From the NCBI GenBank assembly GCA_964473825.1, contig CAYYQL010000002.1, forward strand, positions 160,001 through 224,000: DNA of 64,000 nt, in the 5' to 3' direction. The notes beneath the pieces were generated by a model. It did not search any database, was not told the DNA's origin, and saw only the letters and a list, made by a program, of their open reading frames with translations. The position numbers were made by a program, and so were the translations under genes. Shown in pieces: positions 49,882-59,496 of the stretch. Source of the stretch: an uncultured archaeon (GTDB lineage: Archaea > Asgardarchaeota > Thorarchaeia > Thorarchaeales > Thorarchaeaceae). Each line of letters begins with the position of its first letter. Within the stretch, counting starts at the first letter, position 1.

Positions 49882-51852
49882 GTGAATACAAGTATGGGAA
49901 ACCTAAGAATCCTTACCATATCGATGATCTTGATTGTAGTCGGGATGATATATTCGTCGCCCATGGAAGAGGCAGATGGGGGCATCCAAGTTGCCTATCG
50001 GGGAGAGTACACGAATCTAACAGCGCAACTGCTACAGAACGGTACATACGGCGACCCGGTGATAGGGGAGCCAATCGAATTCTATGAGGAAACAACAGAC
50101 ACTTTGTTGGGAATCAGTCTGACAGATTTCCAAGGCTACGCAACTCTTGAATGGCACGTTCCATTGAATCACACATTAGGGACAACACTTGTAAACGCAA
50201 CATACCGAGGTAATGAAACCATCTTTCTTGCTCCCTCCTGTCAATGGTTAGAAGTCACTATCTATATGCGCACTAAGTTGAAAGCCAGCGTATCTGATAC
50301 GCATCTAGCACCAGGTGACCTACTGTTCATCTCTGCAGAGTTACGAAATCAACAAAACGAAACATTAGGAAACGAAATACTGGAGTTACGTTATGGAAAC
50401 AACACAATGGCCACGACTTACACCAATTCCTCTGGTCTGGCTAGATTCCTAATTCATGTTAACAATTCTTGGGCGTATCTTGGCGAGAACACACTCACAA
50501 TCAATCATCCCCAGAATCCTGATACCTATACCTCACAATCCTGGGATCTCATAACAGTTACTGTCAATAAAGTGACATCTTGGATAGATTGTACCCATAA
50601 TCACCTAGAAACGCTATCTCTTGGGGATTCCTTGAATCTTCACATTAGACTCAATTCCACAGAAGGACATCTGATTCACAAGAATCTACGATTTTACTTG
50701 AATGGGGGTCTCTATACCAGTCTGCAAACAAACTCAACAGGTAACGCCGAACTACTCCTAATAATGGATGAATCATTCACCATTGGACCCCAACACTTGG
50801 AGGTACGTTTCGAGGGCACTGACAGATATACCTCATGCCAAGAAGTCATCAGCTTCGATATACTCACATCAGTACTTGTTTCAGTACAACAGCCCAATTT
50901 GCCAATTATTGCGATGAATACTACCTTGAAGATCCACGCGCATGACCTTTTCAGACGGCCGATTTCCAATGTTGTTGTCCAATTCTATGACAGAACAAGT
51001 AATTTGCAAATATCTATGAATTATGAGCCGCCATTTATCACCATCGAGTTTCCTGTTCTTCCACCCAAAGGTCCTCACGATATCCACATTAACTTCGCAG
51101 GAAATCCATACCTTTCCAATGGGTCCTTGAATTATACCATCTATTGCTGGTCTTGTCCTGACTTCAGTAGGTTAAACTATAGCATAGAGGGCTATGCTTT
51201 TCCTGGTCAGGAAATTATAGTGGAAGCTCAACTACGGGATTTTAACAGTTCTCTCTCTCGGCACCCCGTAGATTTGCTAGTAGATGGAGTGCACACACTA
51301 ACCACAAGAACAGACAGTGGTGGGGATTTCAAAGCCAGTCTTGCGGTTCCATTGCATCAAGGCGCCCACAATATGACTCTTATCTCCCATAGGATGGAGC
51401 CAAACTACATAGCAGAATCATTGGTTTCATACAGCTTCATAGTCACAAACAGAATCCCTGTAAGGGTTGTTCTGATTGAGCAGCATATCATCCCCCCTCT
51501 GAAGAGCATTGACGTTACATTAGAAGCCAAGGCGCTCAACGGCAGTTACCCCAATGGTCTGATTATTCAATATAGATGGTTAGATATCGTCCAGACGAGC
51601 CAGTCCGACCACTGGGGAATATTCCAATTACAGCTGCCGCTGCCTAGCCTCCCCGGGCTATATCATCTGACAATAGGCCTTCTACCGACATCCTATACTA
51701 GAGCTCTTAATGACTCGATTCTGATTAGTATTTCTGAAGACCAAATCCTTGCTGCCCAAGGAGTCGGAATTCCTATCTTAACTCTTAGTCTAACTAGCTC
51801 GTCGGTATTGGCCATGATACCCTTTCTAAGAAGAAAATACCTTATCGGATAA
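49882..51852 (+). CDS. Cell-surface protein with Ig-like repeats, signal peptide and C-terminal TM anchor
   Basis: N-terminal hydrophobic segment, repeated T(D/N)xxGxA motifs, many N-glycosylation sequons, TM followed by RRK. Confidence 0.8.
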   Translation: MNTSMGNLRILTISMILIVVGMIYSSPMEEADGGIQVAYRGEYTNLTAQLLQNGTYGDPVIGEPIEFYEETTDTLLGISLTDFQGYATLEWHVPLNHTLGTTLVNATYRGNETIFLAPSCQWLEVTIYMRTKLKASVSDTHLAPGDLLFISAELRNQQNETLGNEILELRYGNNTMATTYTNSSGLARFLIHVNNSWAYLGENTLTINHPQNPDTYTSQSWDLITVTVNKVTSWIDCTHNHLETLSLGDSLNLHIRLNSTEGHLIHKNLRFYLNGGLYTSLQTNSTGNAELLLIMDESFTIGPQHLEVRFEGTDRYTSCQEVISFDILTSVLVSVQQPNLPIIAMNTTLKIHAHDLFRRPISNVVVQFYDRTSNLQISMNYEPPFITIEFPVLPPKGPHDIHINFAGNPYLSNGSLNYTIYCWSCPDFSRLNYSIEGYAFPGQEIIVEAQLRDFNSSLSRHPVDLLVDGVHTLTTRTDSGGDFKASLAVPLHQGAHNMTLISHRMEPNYIAESLVSYSFIVTNRIPVRVVLIEQHIIPPLKSIDVTLEAKALNGSYPNGLIIQYRWLDIVQTSQSDHWGIFQLQLPLPSLPGLYHLTIGLLPTSYTRALNDSILISISEDQILAAQGVGIPILTLSLTSSSVLAMIPFLRRKYLIG

Positions 51853-51856
51853 GAAT

Positions 51857-51965
51857 TGGTGCTCCGGCCGGGATTCGAACCCGGGTCGAGGGATCGAGAG
51901 TCCCTCATGCTGGGCCGGACTACACTCGGTTGATTCATGCACATTCATGAAACATCTACCGGAGC
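51857..51965 (-). tRNA. tRNA-Glu(CTC) with 31-nt intron at 10/11 (51925-51955)
   Basis: GCTCCGG/CCGGAGC acceptor stem, AGGGA-CTCTCGA-TCCCT anticodon arm; BHB CGGT/ACCG with TTCATG/CATGAA helix; CCA encoded. Confidence 0.9.
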
Positions 51966-52040
51966 TTTGGCAAGCCAGTTCGGAGCGATGTTTCACCACA
52001 TAGTATCCAAAATAAGGCTTTCCGTCCGAAAACAATCGGA

Positions 52041-52244
52041 TTACGGAAGAAGGTCTGTAAGTCCACTCCAACTGTCTTCCAATAGATGAAGTAATCCATT
52101 CACGACTTCTTGTGCCCACCCAGTGGCCTGCAATATCACCGCAATCACAATGGAAACAGTGACAACGGCGATACCAAGAAGCAGACTCTCTTCTACAAGA
52201 GGCCCGCCATTCTCATCAGAGAGCAATTTTCCCTTATCGCACAC
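52041..52244 (-). CDS. Flp-like type IV pilin
   Basis: DENG/GPLVE class III signal with Glu at +5 followed by a hydrophobic helix; directly downstream of a secretion ATPase. Confidence 0.7.
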   Translation of the reverse strand: MCDKGKLLSDENGGPLVEESLLLGIAVVTVSIVIAVILQATGWAQEVVNGLLHLLEDSWSGLTDLLP

Positions 52245-52315
52245 GGTCTTTTCACCCTGAACTCTCTTCTTCCCAGGGATATTTTAACTCCCCTAGAATC
52301 AAGACTCACTAGGTA

Positions 52316-54028
52316 TCAACAGGCACGACTTGATGATTCAAGGCAAGAAACTGTCTGTTCCTGCAGGTGCTCTGTGGCTTCATGTGGTTCCATGAATCTC
52401 ATTGTCCCTATCCTTGCAACTAGATTCTCGTACATGAAATTGAAATCCTCTAACCCATCTTCCTCGCATCGCAACCAAACCGCCCCATCCTTAATCATTC
52501 TGTTCGGAAGATCCGCATTGGAATCGTTAGAGTATAGTATGTTGAGTCCTCGAAATTCAATGCAACCATCCTTTCTTCCTCTCCTGACCTCAACAATCTC
52601 GCTCACGTATCTGCGAGAATCTCCCGGGTTCGGTCTTCTCATTGTTACAATAAGGTCGAGCATCGCAAGGCTAGTATTGACAATATGGTGATTCACCCGG
52701 AATCTCGAAATCAAAGATGATGCAGAATCACTATGACAGGTATTAGCACATCTCAGTCCGGCAGACAGAGCATGAAATAGCGCATGACTATGTTCTTTCG
52801 TTTGAATCTCTCCGAGGATGACATAATCTGGGGAGCGGTGTAGGGATTTGATTATCTCCCGAGTCTTATCGGAAACCCCTTCCATCTCATCAAGAGGATC
52901 CACTTGAATCCTAGTTTGATGCTGATTCGGATGAACCCGACTTTCGATAGCATCTTCAATATAGATCTTCCTCCATACTGAAGGTGTTATCTGGTCTAGA
53001 GCGTTTAGTAGGGTAGACTTACCTGTTCCTGGTCCTCCTGTAATAACAATATTCTGGCGTAGACGCAATGCAAGGATAAGGAGAGCTGCCCCCTCAGCCG
53101 AGATTGTTTCATTATGAATCAGATGAAACAACGTCATTATCTCCCTTCTTGCTCTTCTTATCTGCATCTGAAAACCATCGGGACACAGGGGCATAACAGC
53201 CATCGAAACCCGGAGGTTTGCATCTAAGAAGCCCACTCTACTCTTGAAAGAAGGGTTTCTCCTGTCGAGGTGGTGATTACTCTCCAGCCTAGCAAGTGTC
53301 ACCATCGGCTTGATTGCGCTTCTTGGAAAAACCCAATCTGATTTGCACCGTCCCAGACGAGCATGATCGAAATAGACTTGAGAACCCGGGCTGTCAATGA
53401 ATATCTCCTCAATTTCGTCGTCTAGTAATAATGGAATTATTGGAAATAGTACAGTTGAGCTATGACTTGCAATTTGGGAAATAGTATCTCTCGTCGGTAT
53501 GCTTATCTCTGGCAGTGATTCTTCCAGTTCTTCACACACTTTGTGTTGCAGATATCTAACTCTCTGCGTCAAAGATTCTGTACAACGCAACAGGCCTCTA
53601 GAGAACTCTGGGATCCTACTTGTCATCTTATCTAAGAGAACACTTTCAAGGTTAGACCTGAGTTTGGGAAGTGCAAAATAACACATCTCATTCTCACAAC
53701 CCGCCTGTGTGAATATTGATACGTAAGGTCCTATAATATAGGCATCAATGACCCCATCTGTTTCCAAATTCTTTCCCATAGTATTGTCTATCCAGACCTG
53801 CTCCCAATCTCCAGAACACCAAGGCGGATTTGGTGGGACCGCGTTGTAGTCGGTAGGAATATACATGAAACCCCTCTCTCTCTCCACAATGATGGGCGTC
53901 AGCTGTTCAGCGCTTTCCCTAGCAAAAGCTAGTACAGAACACTTACCATTTCGACTATTATGACAGTTATCGCATCTTTCCGGCGAACACATCACCAGAT
54001 TCACATATTGTTTCGTCATGCTAATCAA
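52316..54028 (-). CDS. TadA/CpaF/VirB11-type secretion/pilus assembly ATPase
   Basis: DDEIEEIFID, GGPGTGKSTLL, IEDAIE, LHRSPDYVILGEI; Cys-rich N-terminus. Confidence 0.88.
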   Translation of the reverse strand: MISMTKQYVNLVMCSPERCDNCHNSRNGKCSVLAFARESAEQLTPIIVERERGFMYIPTDYNAVPPNPPWCSGDWEQVWIDNTMGKNLETDGVIDAYIIGPYVSIFTQAGCENEMCYFALPKLRSNLESVLLDKMTSRIPEFSRGLLRCTESLTQRVRYLQHKVCEELEESLPEISIPTRDTISQIASHSSTVLFPIIPLLLDDEIEEIFIDSPGSQVYFDHARLGRCKSDWVFPRSAIKPMVTLARLESNHHLDRRNPSFKSRVGFLDANLRVSMAVMPLCPDGFQMQIRRARREIMTLFHLIHNETISAEGAALLILALRLRQNIVITGGPGTGKSTLLNALDQITPSVWRKIYIEDAIESRVHPNQHQTRIQVDPLDEMEGVSDKTREIIKSLHRSPDYVILGEIQTKEHSHALFHALSAGLRCANTCHSDSASSLISRFRVNHHIVNTSLAMLDLIVTMRRPNPGDSRRYVSEIVEVRRGRKDGCIEFRGLNILYSNDSNADLPNRMIKDGAVWLRCEEDGLEDFNFMYENLVARIGTMRFMEPHEATEHLQEQTVSCLESSSRAC

Positions 54029-54160
54029 TCCGGATGAGATATCCTCTCACTTTGTACAATACTCATATCGTGTCCAAGCTCGAAATCAGGACACAATAAT
54101 GATAATGGGGTAGTTTCACATTGGTGTTGAATATATGCAATATAATCTCCAACCAATCAG

Positions 54161-55189
54161 CTAACTTCTTCCGATTATGGTCTTCATCATTCCATAATGG
54201 TCTCTAATACTGTATTCAGCGACTTCAGTCGCTCTAGATGCCAACTTCTGCGTTAACACTGAACGTTTGCCAAAATCACTGGCTACTAAACGGTCTCCTG
54301 CGTATGCAGCTGAAACTGTGAAAATGAATGGATTACGTCCTCCTCGTGCTGTGGCCGGAATTCTATCAATTACTTCTAACATCTTAAGTCGGAGTCTGCT
54401 TTCATAATCTCTCAAATCCCATCCTCTTGCTTCTATCTTTTTCACAATCTTGGTGTTATTCATCAACATGGAGATGACCCGCGGAACATAGTCTTCCGGT
54501 TGGCGAATTTTGGGTGCATACCCTGTCACCGACCGAAGCCTAAGTGCTTCTCTGACCATTGCCCGTACACTGACTCTATGACCACACTTGTCAAAAACAT
54601 CGGCAATTTCATCCAACGTAATTGGTGCCTCCTCTTTGAACTCTCGAACTGCCATCAGAAGACAGACTGCTATCAGAAGGATATTATTGGTTACTTCCAC
54701 TTCTTCTTCTGTTAGGACTTTTTTGTAGAGATAGGCAGTACGATCTCGAACTTGCTCACTTAGCATAAGAAGTTTGGATGCCCGATTCAATGTTCTTAAT
54801 GCTCGATATTTTGCCTCATCTTTGCCAATCCTGATTCTGGTACTATAGACTGTTTTCAGTCGCTTGAACTTTCTCTGATTTCGACCCGACAATGGATGGC
54901 CGGCAACATCACGAAAGTATCTATCTCTATGAAAGCCAATGTAGCTCCCTAAACCATCTACAATATGCATCCTGTTCCCTAAGGAAACATACATTGTAGC
55001 ATCTGGTGTTTCTGCTCCACTTTCCTCTCCCATTTGGTAAGTTGGATACACATATTCTCGAGAAATCACCAATCCACAACTCGTACAAACAACATGCCCA
55101 CGATTTACCAGTAGAGGTCCATTACAGTCAGGACACGAATTCATCGTATTTCTGTGTTCATTGTTTGATCTATTCGCCAAAGACCACAC
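54161..55189 (-). CDS. Divergent TFIIB (TFB) paralogue
   Basis: CPDC...CTSCGLV Zn ribbon, two cyclin-like repeats (DRTAYLYKK, ITLDEIA, GRNP, LTQK..VAEYSIR). Confidence 0.8.
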   Translation of the reverse strand: MWSLANRSNNEHRNTMNSCPDCNGPLLVNRGHVVCTSCGLVISREYVYPTYQMGEESGAETPDATMYVSLGNRMHIVDGLGSYIGFHRDRYFRDVAGHPLSGRNQRKFKRLKTVYSTRIRIGKDEAKYRALRTLNRASKLLMLSEQVRDRTAYLYKKVLTEEEVEVTNNILLIAVCLLMAVREFKEEAPITLDEIADVFDKCGHRVSVRAMVREALRLRSVTGYAPKIRQPEDYVPRVISMLMNNTKIVKKIEARGWDLRDYESRLRLKMLEVIDRIPATARGGRNPFIFTVSAAYAGDRLVASDFGKRSVLTQKLASRATEVAEYSIRDHYGMMKTIIGRS

Positions 55190-55367
55190 CCAGTGTTCCT
55201 AGTAGCCCTATTACCTAACATTCTTTCAGAAGGCGAGTTTCCTACTATCAGGCTGAACTGTCTACTGGATAGGACTAGCTAGTTGATTGAAGGGGCATGA
55301 TAATACCACCCTGAATGAGGGTTAACCGAAAGTAATGTGTGTTTCTTCCACCTGACTGACGAATCTG

Positions 55368-55733
55368 CTAGAAGATTGCTATGTAAATCCGATTCCCAGT
55401 GAAGATTCGTTTCTTTGCTGCAGTGACCTTTTCCATTTCTAGTACTAATCTGAGTCCACCAAAAGTTCCTACAGCCTGTATCCCTTCTTCTAGTCTTGCC
55501 TTAAACACATTACCTTCAGCATAGAATTTCGCTTCATCTCCATTGGAGATTGGGCTATCATCAATAACAATATCAAGATTCTCTTTTGCATCAAACTGAT
55601 TTGCCAAGGCTTCTGGGACTTCTAAGGTCATCTCTAATCCCTCACTCTTCTCGGTAATACTTAGCATCATCAGGCCTTTGGTCTCGGTTTCTTCAATCGA
55701 GTCCAATTTGCTCCCTTTAATTCGAATAGCCAT
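55368..55733 (-). CDS. rpo8: RNA polymerase subunit Rpo8/RpoG (Rpb8 homologue)
   Basis: OB-fold-sized ORF with FYAEGNVF...TFGGLRL, matching the Rpb8 G.VY..SFGGL motif. Confidence 0.75.
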   Translation of the reverse strand: MAIRIKGSKLDSIEETETKGLMMLSITEKSEGLEMTLEVPEALANQFDAKENLDIVIDDSPISNGDEAKFYAEGNVFKARLEEGIQAVGTFGGLRLVLEMEKVTAAKKRIFTGNRIYIAIF

Positions 55734-55853
55734 GGGTCTTTCAATTCTCCTCTAAGAGGTCTATCATTCTCGACTTGGAAGGATGAATTAAACCTGTCGT
55801 TGTCCTGGTGTGACTTTTTTAGGCATAGGTTTCACAGATTCTTGGTGAACTAG

Positions 55854-58469
55854 GTGAATCATCACACCAAAGCAAGCACGATAATCCCTGTGGCCCTCAT
55901 TCTATGTCTAATCGTGCCCGTCGACGCCTACTACTTCCAGTTCCAGTATTTTGAAACCGACCGAGCCGTCTATGAGGTCGGACAAACAATCAACATGGTT
56001 GCAAAACTCATAGCAGAATTCAGTGACGAAGGATGGTGTTTTGTTTCATTTGGAGTCGTAACAGACGTAGGCCCAATTTTTCAAGATGGGTACTACATTG
56101 AGTCTTCGTTAGACCCACAGTTCACAACAAGCTATTACACTATCCTCCCCAACGAAACGTACCCTGGTCTAAGCGGTACTATAGCCCACGTGATTTTCAA
56201 TGCAGAGATCTACGATGGATACTCTCAGAGCATTACCGAAACAATAGAAGTAAACATAACACGCGGCCATCTCTCTGTCCTCCCTCTAAGCGAACTGGAA
56301 CTCCCACATGGAATAGACTCAAACATCTCGCTGAAGATAGCAAGTACTCACAATGAGGACGTGGTTCTCCAAGAGCAAGTTCTCTCCTACCAAGTCAATG
56401 GCATAGACTCTTCATATACGGTCGAGGGTAATGAGAGCATCAATTCTCAAGGAATCGCTACTATACCTTTGAATTCTTCCAGCATCAATCCCGGGCACTA
56501 TGATCTGACTGTAAGCACAGAGGGAACAGACTCGTTTCTTCCTCTGGTGGACACACTTCCTATATACATCACCCCTCCCAACTCATCTTTATTGGTAAGG
56601 TCTAGTCCTGATGAAATTCATTGCCCAGACCATGAAGGAGTCGACATAGGAAGTGTTAACCTCCTTGTCGATCACCTCGGAGAAGATGGCGAAAGAATCA
56701 AGAACAGCACCATATCGTGGGAAACGGTCTTTTCACAGTCTAACTTCACGAATCACTTCAATGGAACTTATAGTGCTTCAGTGCAGTTTCCAGTTTCTCC
56801 CGGAAACTACACCATTCTCATCATTGCCAAGAATGAAATATATGCTTCAGTCAACATAACCAAGACAATATTGGTAACCAAACGTACGCCAGCAATTACT
56901 GTATCCTTTCCCAGTGGCTTGATAGCAGGCAACGAAACTTCATTACAACTGACTCTTACGGATTCACTCTTAGAAAGCCCTATACCAAGTCTTGAATTCA
57001 ATGTCACCATTTCCCTTAGTGACCAAGTCCTTTACAACAATGCTACCTCAGTTAATACAGATGGTTCCTTCAAAGCAGAATTCGAGATCTCTTCCGATTT
57101 ATGGGGTTTGGCAGACATTCGCGTTGAAACTTACGAAAATGAGAATTATACTGGTATGATTCTAATAGATACTCAAAGTGTCGAATTCGTACCAGAAGTT
57201 TGCTGGGTTCAAAACACGCCTTCTAACATTGGTCAGAACACAAGCATGTCAGTTACACTACTCAAGCCCGATGGCCAGAGTCTAGTAGGAATCACTGTTT
57301 CGCTATTTGATTCCTATGCGCAATTGATAGGCTCTACGCACACCGATGCAAATGGCACCGGTGAGTTTGTCTGGACCGTTCCAAGTGATCTTCCTTCTGG
57401 TTCTTATGAATACACAATTGTTACCACAGAAATGCCTTCTCAATTCGCTTTGGCAACCTTTCTGGCATTTCAGCTGTCACATTATGATCTATTGTCGGTG
57501 AGCCTTCAAGGAGAGGACTTTGACTGTCTGCGAGGAGAAAACTTCACACTGAATTTCCGGGTTGACTCCAATTGGAACGAAACTCAAAACCTACTATTGC
57601 AGCTTTCGTTTTCCACACTAATAACAATCAATCAGACTATCAAATCTGATACAGTATACTCTATTCAGATTCCGGTTCCAGCCGACTCTTCCCTTGGAAC
57701 GCATTCACTTACTATTGGCACACTAAATAATACATGCGTCCTCTCAGGGTCAGTCTTAGTTGACATCAACATCTTGGGGCGCATCATAGTGGCCATTGAA
57801 TCGGCTGAGGCCTTTTACGCCGAGAATCTTTCCATGACTCTCTCACTAATGGACGAATTCGGTCTTTCGGTTGACGAGTTCTCCATCACTGTATTCCTAG
57901 ACGGGCGGTTCGTAGATGTGATTCACAGATCGAATCAAACAATAGAAGCCATTGCAATATCTAATGCATTTTCCCCGGGAATTCACAATCTGACCGTAAC
58001 GATAAATGGAACATACTACAAATCAGCTGAGGATGAGGCTTTTCTGACAATCTGGATGAGAACGTCACTTTCTCTAGCCCTCAACCGAAACCAATTCAAC
58101 TTCTCCTGCAGTCAGGGCGATGAAATGACCTCAATCATTTCTTCTGGTTCTATCATCAGCCCCCCGCCAATCTTGTTTAATGGGACCACTTCTACACAAT
58201 CTCCAACCACTCGTTCTATCTCCCGGGATAATTGCCCCAAACTGAGTTCTGGAACCAATAATCGCTCAACTGATTCAGAGAAGGCTTTTACTTCTCTATC
58301 GGGGAACGGCCAGACGGTTCTAAGCCTCAGCGACTTCATTGACAGCATGGATGAGGCCGTAAACATGACTTCTTCGACTGTTCGAGAGGTGCAACCATAC
58401 GATACAATTCCCCATTCTGCCTTTTCAGGTCCTTTGATGATTGTATCAGTAAGAAGGCTTCGCCTCTGA
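55854..58469 (+). CDS. Large secreted/surface protein with Ig-like repeats; 3' end overlaps the convergent gene
   Basis: Signal peptide, beta-rich repeats (TDANGTG, PGxY), many sequons. Confidence 0.75.
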   Translation: MNHHTKASTIIPVALILCLIVPVDAYYFQFQYFETDRAVYEVGQTINMVAKLIAEFSDEGWCFVSFGVVTDVGPIFQDGYYIESSLDPQFTTSYYTILPNETYPGLSGTIAHVIFNAEIYDGYSQSITETIEVNITRGHLSVLPLSELELPHGIDSNISLKIASTHNEDVVLQEQVLSYQVNGIDSSYTVEGNESINSQGIATIPLNSSSINPGHYDLTVSTEGTDSFLPLVDTLPIYITPPNSSLLVRSSPDEIHCPDHEGVDIGSVNLLVDHLGEDGERIKNSTISWETVFSQSNFTNHFNGTYSASVQFPVSPGNYTILIIAKNEIYASVNITKTILVTKRTPAITVSFPSGLIAGNETSLQLTLTDSLLESPIPSLEFNVTISLSDQVLYNNATSVNTDGSFKAEFEISSDLWGLADIRVETYENENYTGMILIDTQSVEFVPEVCWVQNTPSNIGQNTSMSVTLLKPDGQSLVGITVSLFDSYAQLIGSTHTDANGTGEFVWTVPSDLPSGSYEYTIVTTEMPSQFALATFLAFQLSHYDLLSVSLQGEDFDCLRGENFTLNFRVDSNWNETQNLLLQLSFSTLITINQTIKSDTVYSIQIPVPADSSLGTHSLTIGTLNNTCVLSGSVLVDINILGRIIVAIESAEAFYAENLSMTLSLMDEFGLSVDEFSITVFLDGRFVDVIHRSNQTIEAIAISNAFSPGIHNLTVTINGTYYKSAEDEAFLTIWMRTSLSLALNRNQFNFSCSQGDEMTSIISSGSIISPPPILFNGTTSTQSPTTRSISRDNCPKLSSGTNNRSTDSEKAFTSLSGNGQTVLSLSDFIDSMDEAVNMTSSTVREVQPYDTIPHSAFSGPLMIVSVRRLRL

Positions 58470-59245
58470 AGGATTTTATCGCGAAGTCTTTCAACTAATC
58501 TACGATGGACCTCGGAATCCGAAGTCTTTCTGTAGCCTCTCTCATCGTGCGTGGAACCTGTTACCAAGAGATTATGCCCATCACCAAAACGCGGCATTAT
58601 CGCATGTCCGTTGCCATCAATCTCTCCATACGGCTTCTTGCCCTTTCTGGCGAATCTTCTCTTTATAGAATAGTCTGTGCCCGAGTCTATGACTACTCTC
58701 TCACGGGAGTGACCTACTACTTCATCAGAAAGCAGTATGACCGGATGCCGAAAACACTCTGACAAAACAAAGGCCCTTCTAGTGAGTTCGAACGCTTCTT
58801 GTGCCGAATTAGGCGACAGTACTATGCTCTCATGATCTCCGTGAGTTCCCCATCTCGACTGCAGAAAATCTCCCTGTGCACATTTGGTAGCCTGACCGGT
58901 ACTCGGACCCACTCTCTGCACATCAACTACCACACAGGGTGTTTCGGTCATGACTGCATATCCTATGTTTTCTTGCATAAGGCTAAAACCAGGCCCCGAC
59001 GTGGCAGTCATGGCGAGATGTCCGCCCCACGAAGCGCCCACTACAGCTGATATCGCTCCGATTTCATCTTCCATCTGAAGATATCTCCCATTCATCTCCG
59101 GCAGTTTCTCTGCCATGATTTCGGCTATCTCAGATGCAGGGGTAATTGGATATCCTGCAAAGAACCTACACCCGGCCGCCAGTGCACCTTCTGCGCATGC
59201 CTGATTCCCTTGCCAGAAATGGACATGCGTTGTTCTATTAGACAA
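58112..59245 (-). CDS. 2-oxoacid:ferredoxin oxidoreductase alpha subunit (KorA-like)
   Basis: GNQACAEG, AGYPITPASEI, QMEDEI, TATSGPGFSLMQE, QRVGPSTG. Confidence 0.93.
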   Translation of the reverse strand: MSNRTTHVHFWQGNQACAEGALAAGCRFFAGYPITPASEIAEIMAEKLPEMNGRYLQMEDEIGAISAVVGASWGGHLAMTATSGPGFSLMQENIGYAVMTETPCVVVDVQRVGPSTGQATKCAQGDFLQSRWGTHGDHESIVLSPNSAQEAFELTRRAFVLSECFRHPVILLSDEVVGHSRERVVIDSGTDYSIKRRFARKGKKPYGEIDGNGHAIMPRFGDGHNLLVTGSTHDERGYRKTSDSEVHRRLVERLRDKILQRRSLLTDTIIKGPEKAEWGIVSYGCTSRTVEEVMFTASSMLSMKSLRLRTVWPFPDREVKAFSESVERLLVPELSLGQLSREIERVVGDCVEVVPLNKIGGGLMIEPEEMIEVISSP

Positions 59246-59354
59246 TCTTAAGACACTCAGTACTCTCGCCAGCTTGCCGAATAAAATAAGCCTTCAGTTT
59301 GGGCAACAGCTTCTCCGATAGTCTTTTATCGAAATCACCTGATTTTCCCTTCAG

Positions 59355-59452
59355 GCGGCCGTGGTCTAGTTTGGTTAGGACGGAAGCTTCCCAAGCTTCC
59401 AACCCGTGACGGTCGTATGACCGCGGGACTTCAAATCCCGGCGGCCGCACCA
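59355..59452 (+). tRNA. tRNA-Gly(CCC) with 21-nt intron at 53/54 (59409-59429)
   Basis: GCGGCCG/CGGCCGC acceptor stem, GAAGC-TTCCCAA-GCTTC arm; BHB CCCG-TGA-CGGTC / GACCG-CGGG-ACT; CCA encoded. Confidence 0.88.
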
Positions 59453-59496
59453 TATCTTTGGTCATGTTTAAGAACCCATTTCCAGAATAGGCCATT

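Noticed and set aside
45837-54028. Integrated conjugative element at tRNA-Glu
   Set aside because: No integrase, relaxase or duplicated tRNA 3' end (att site) seen
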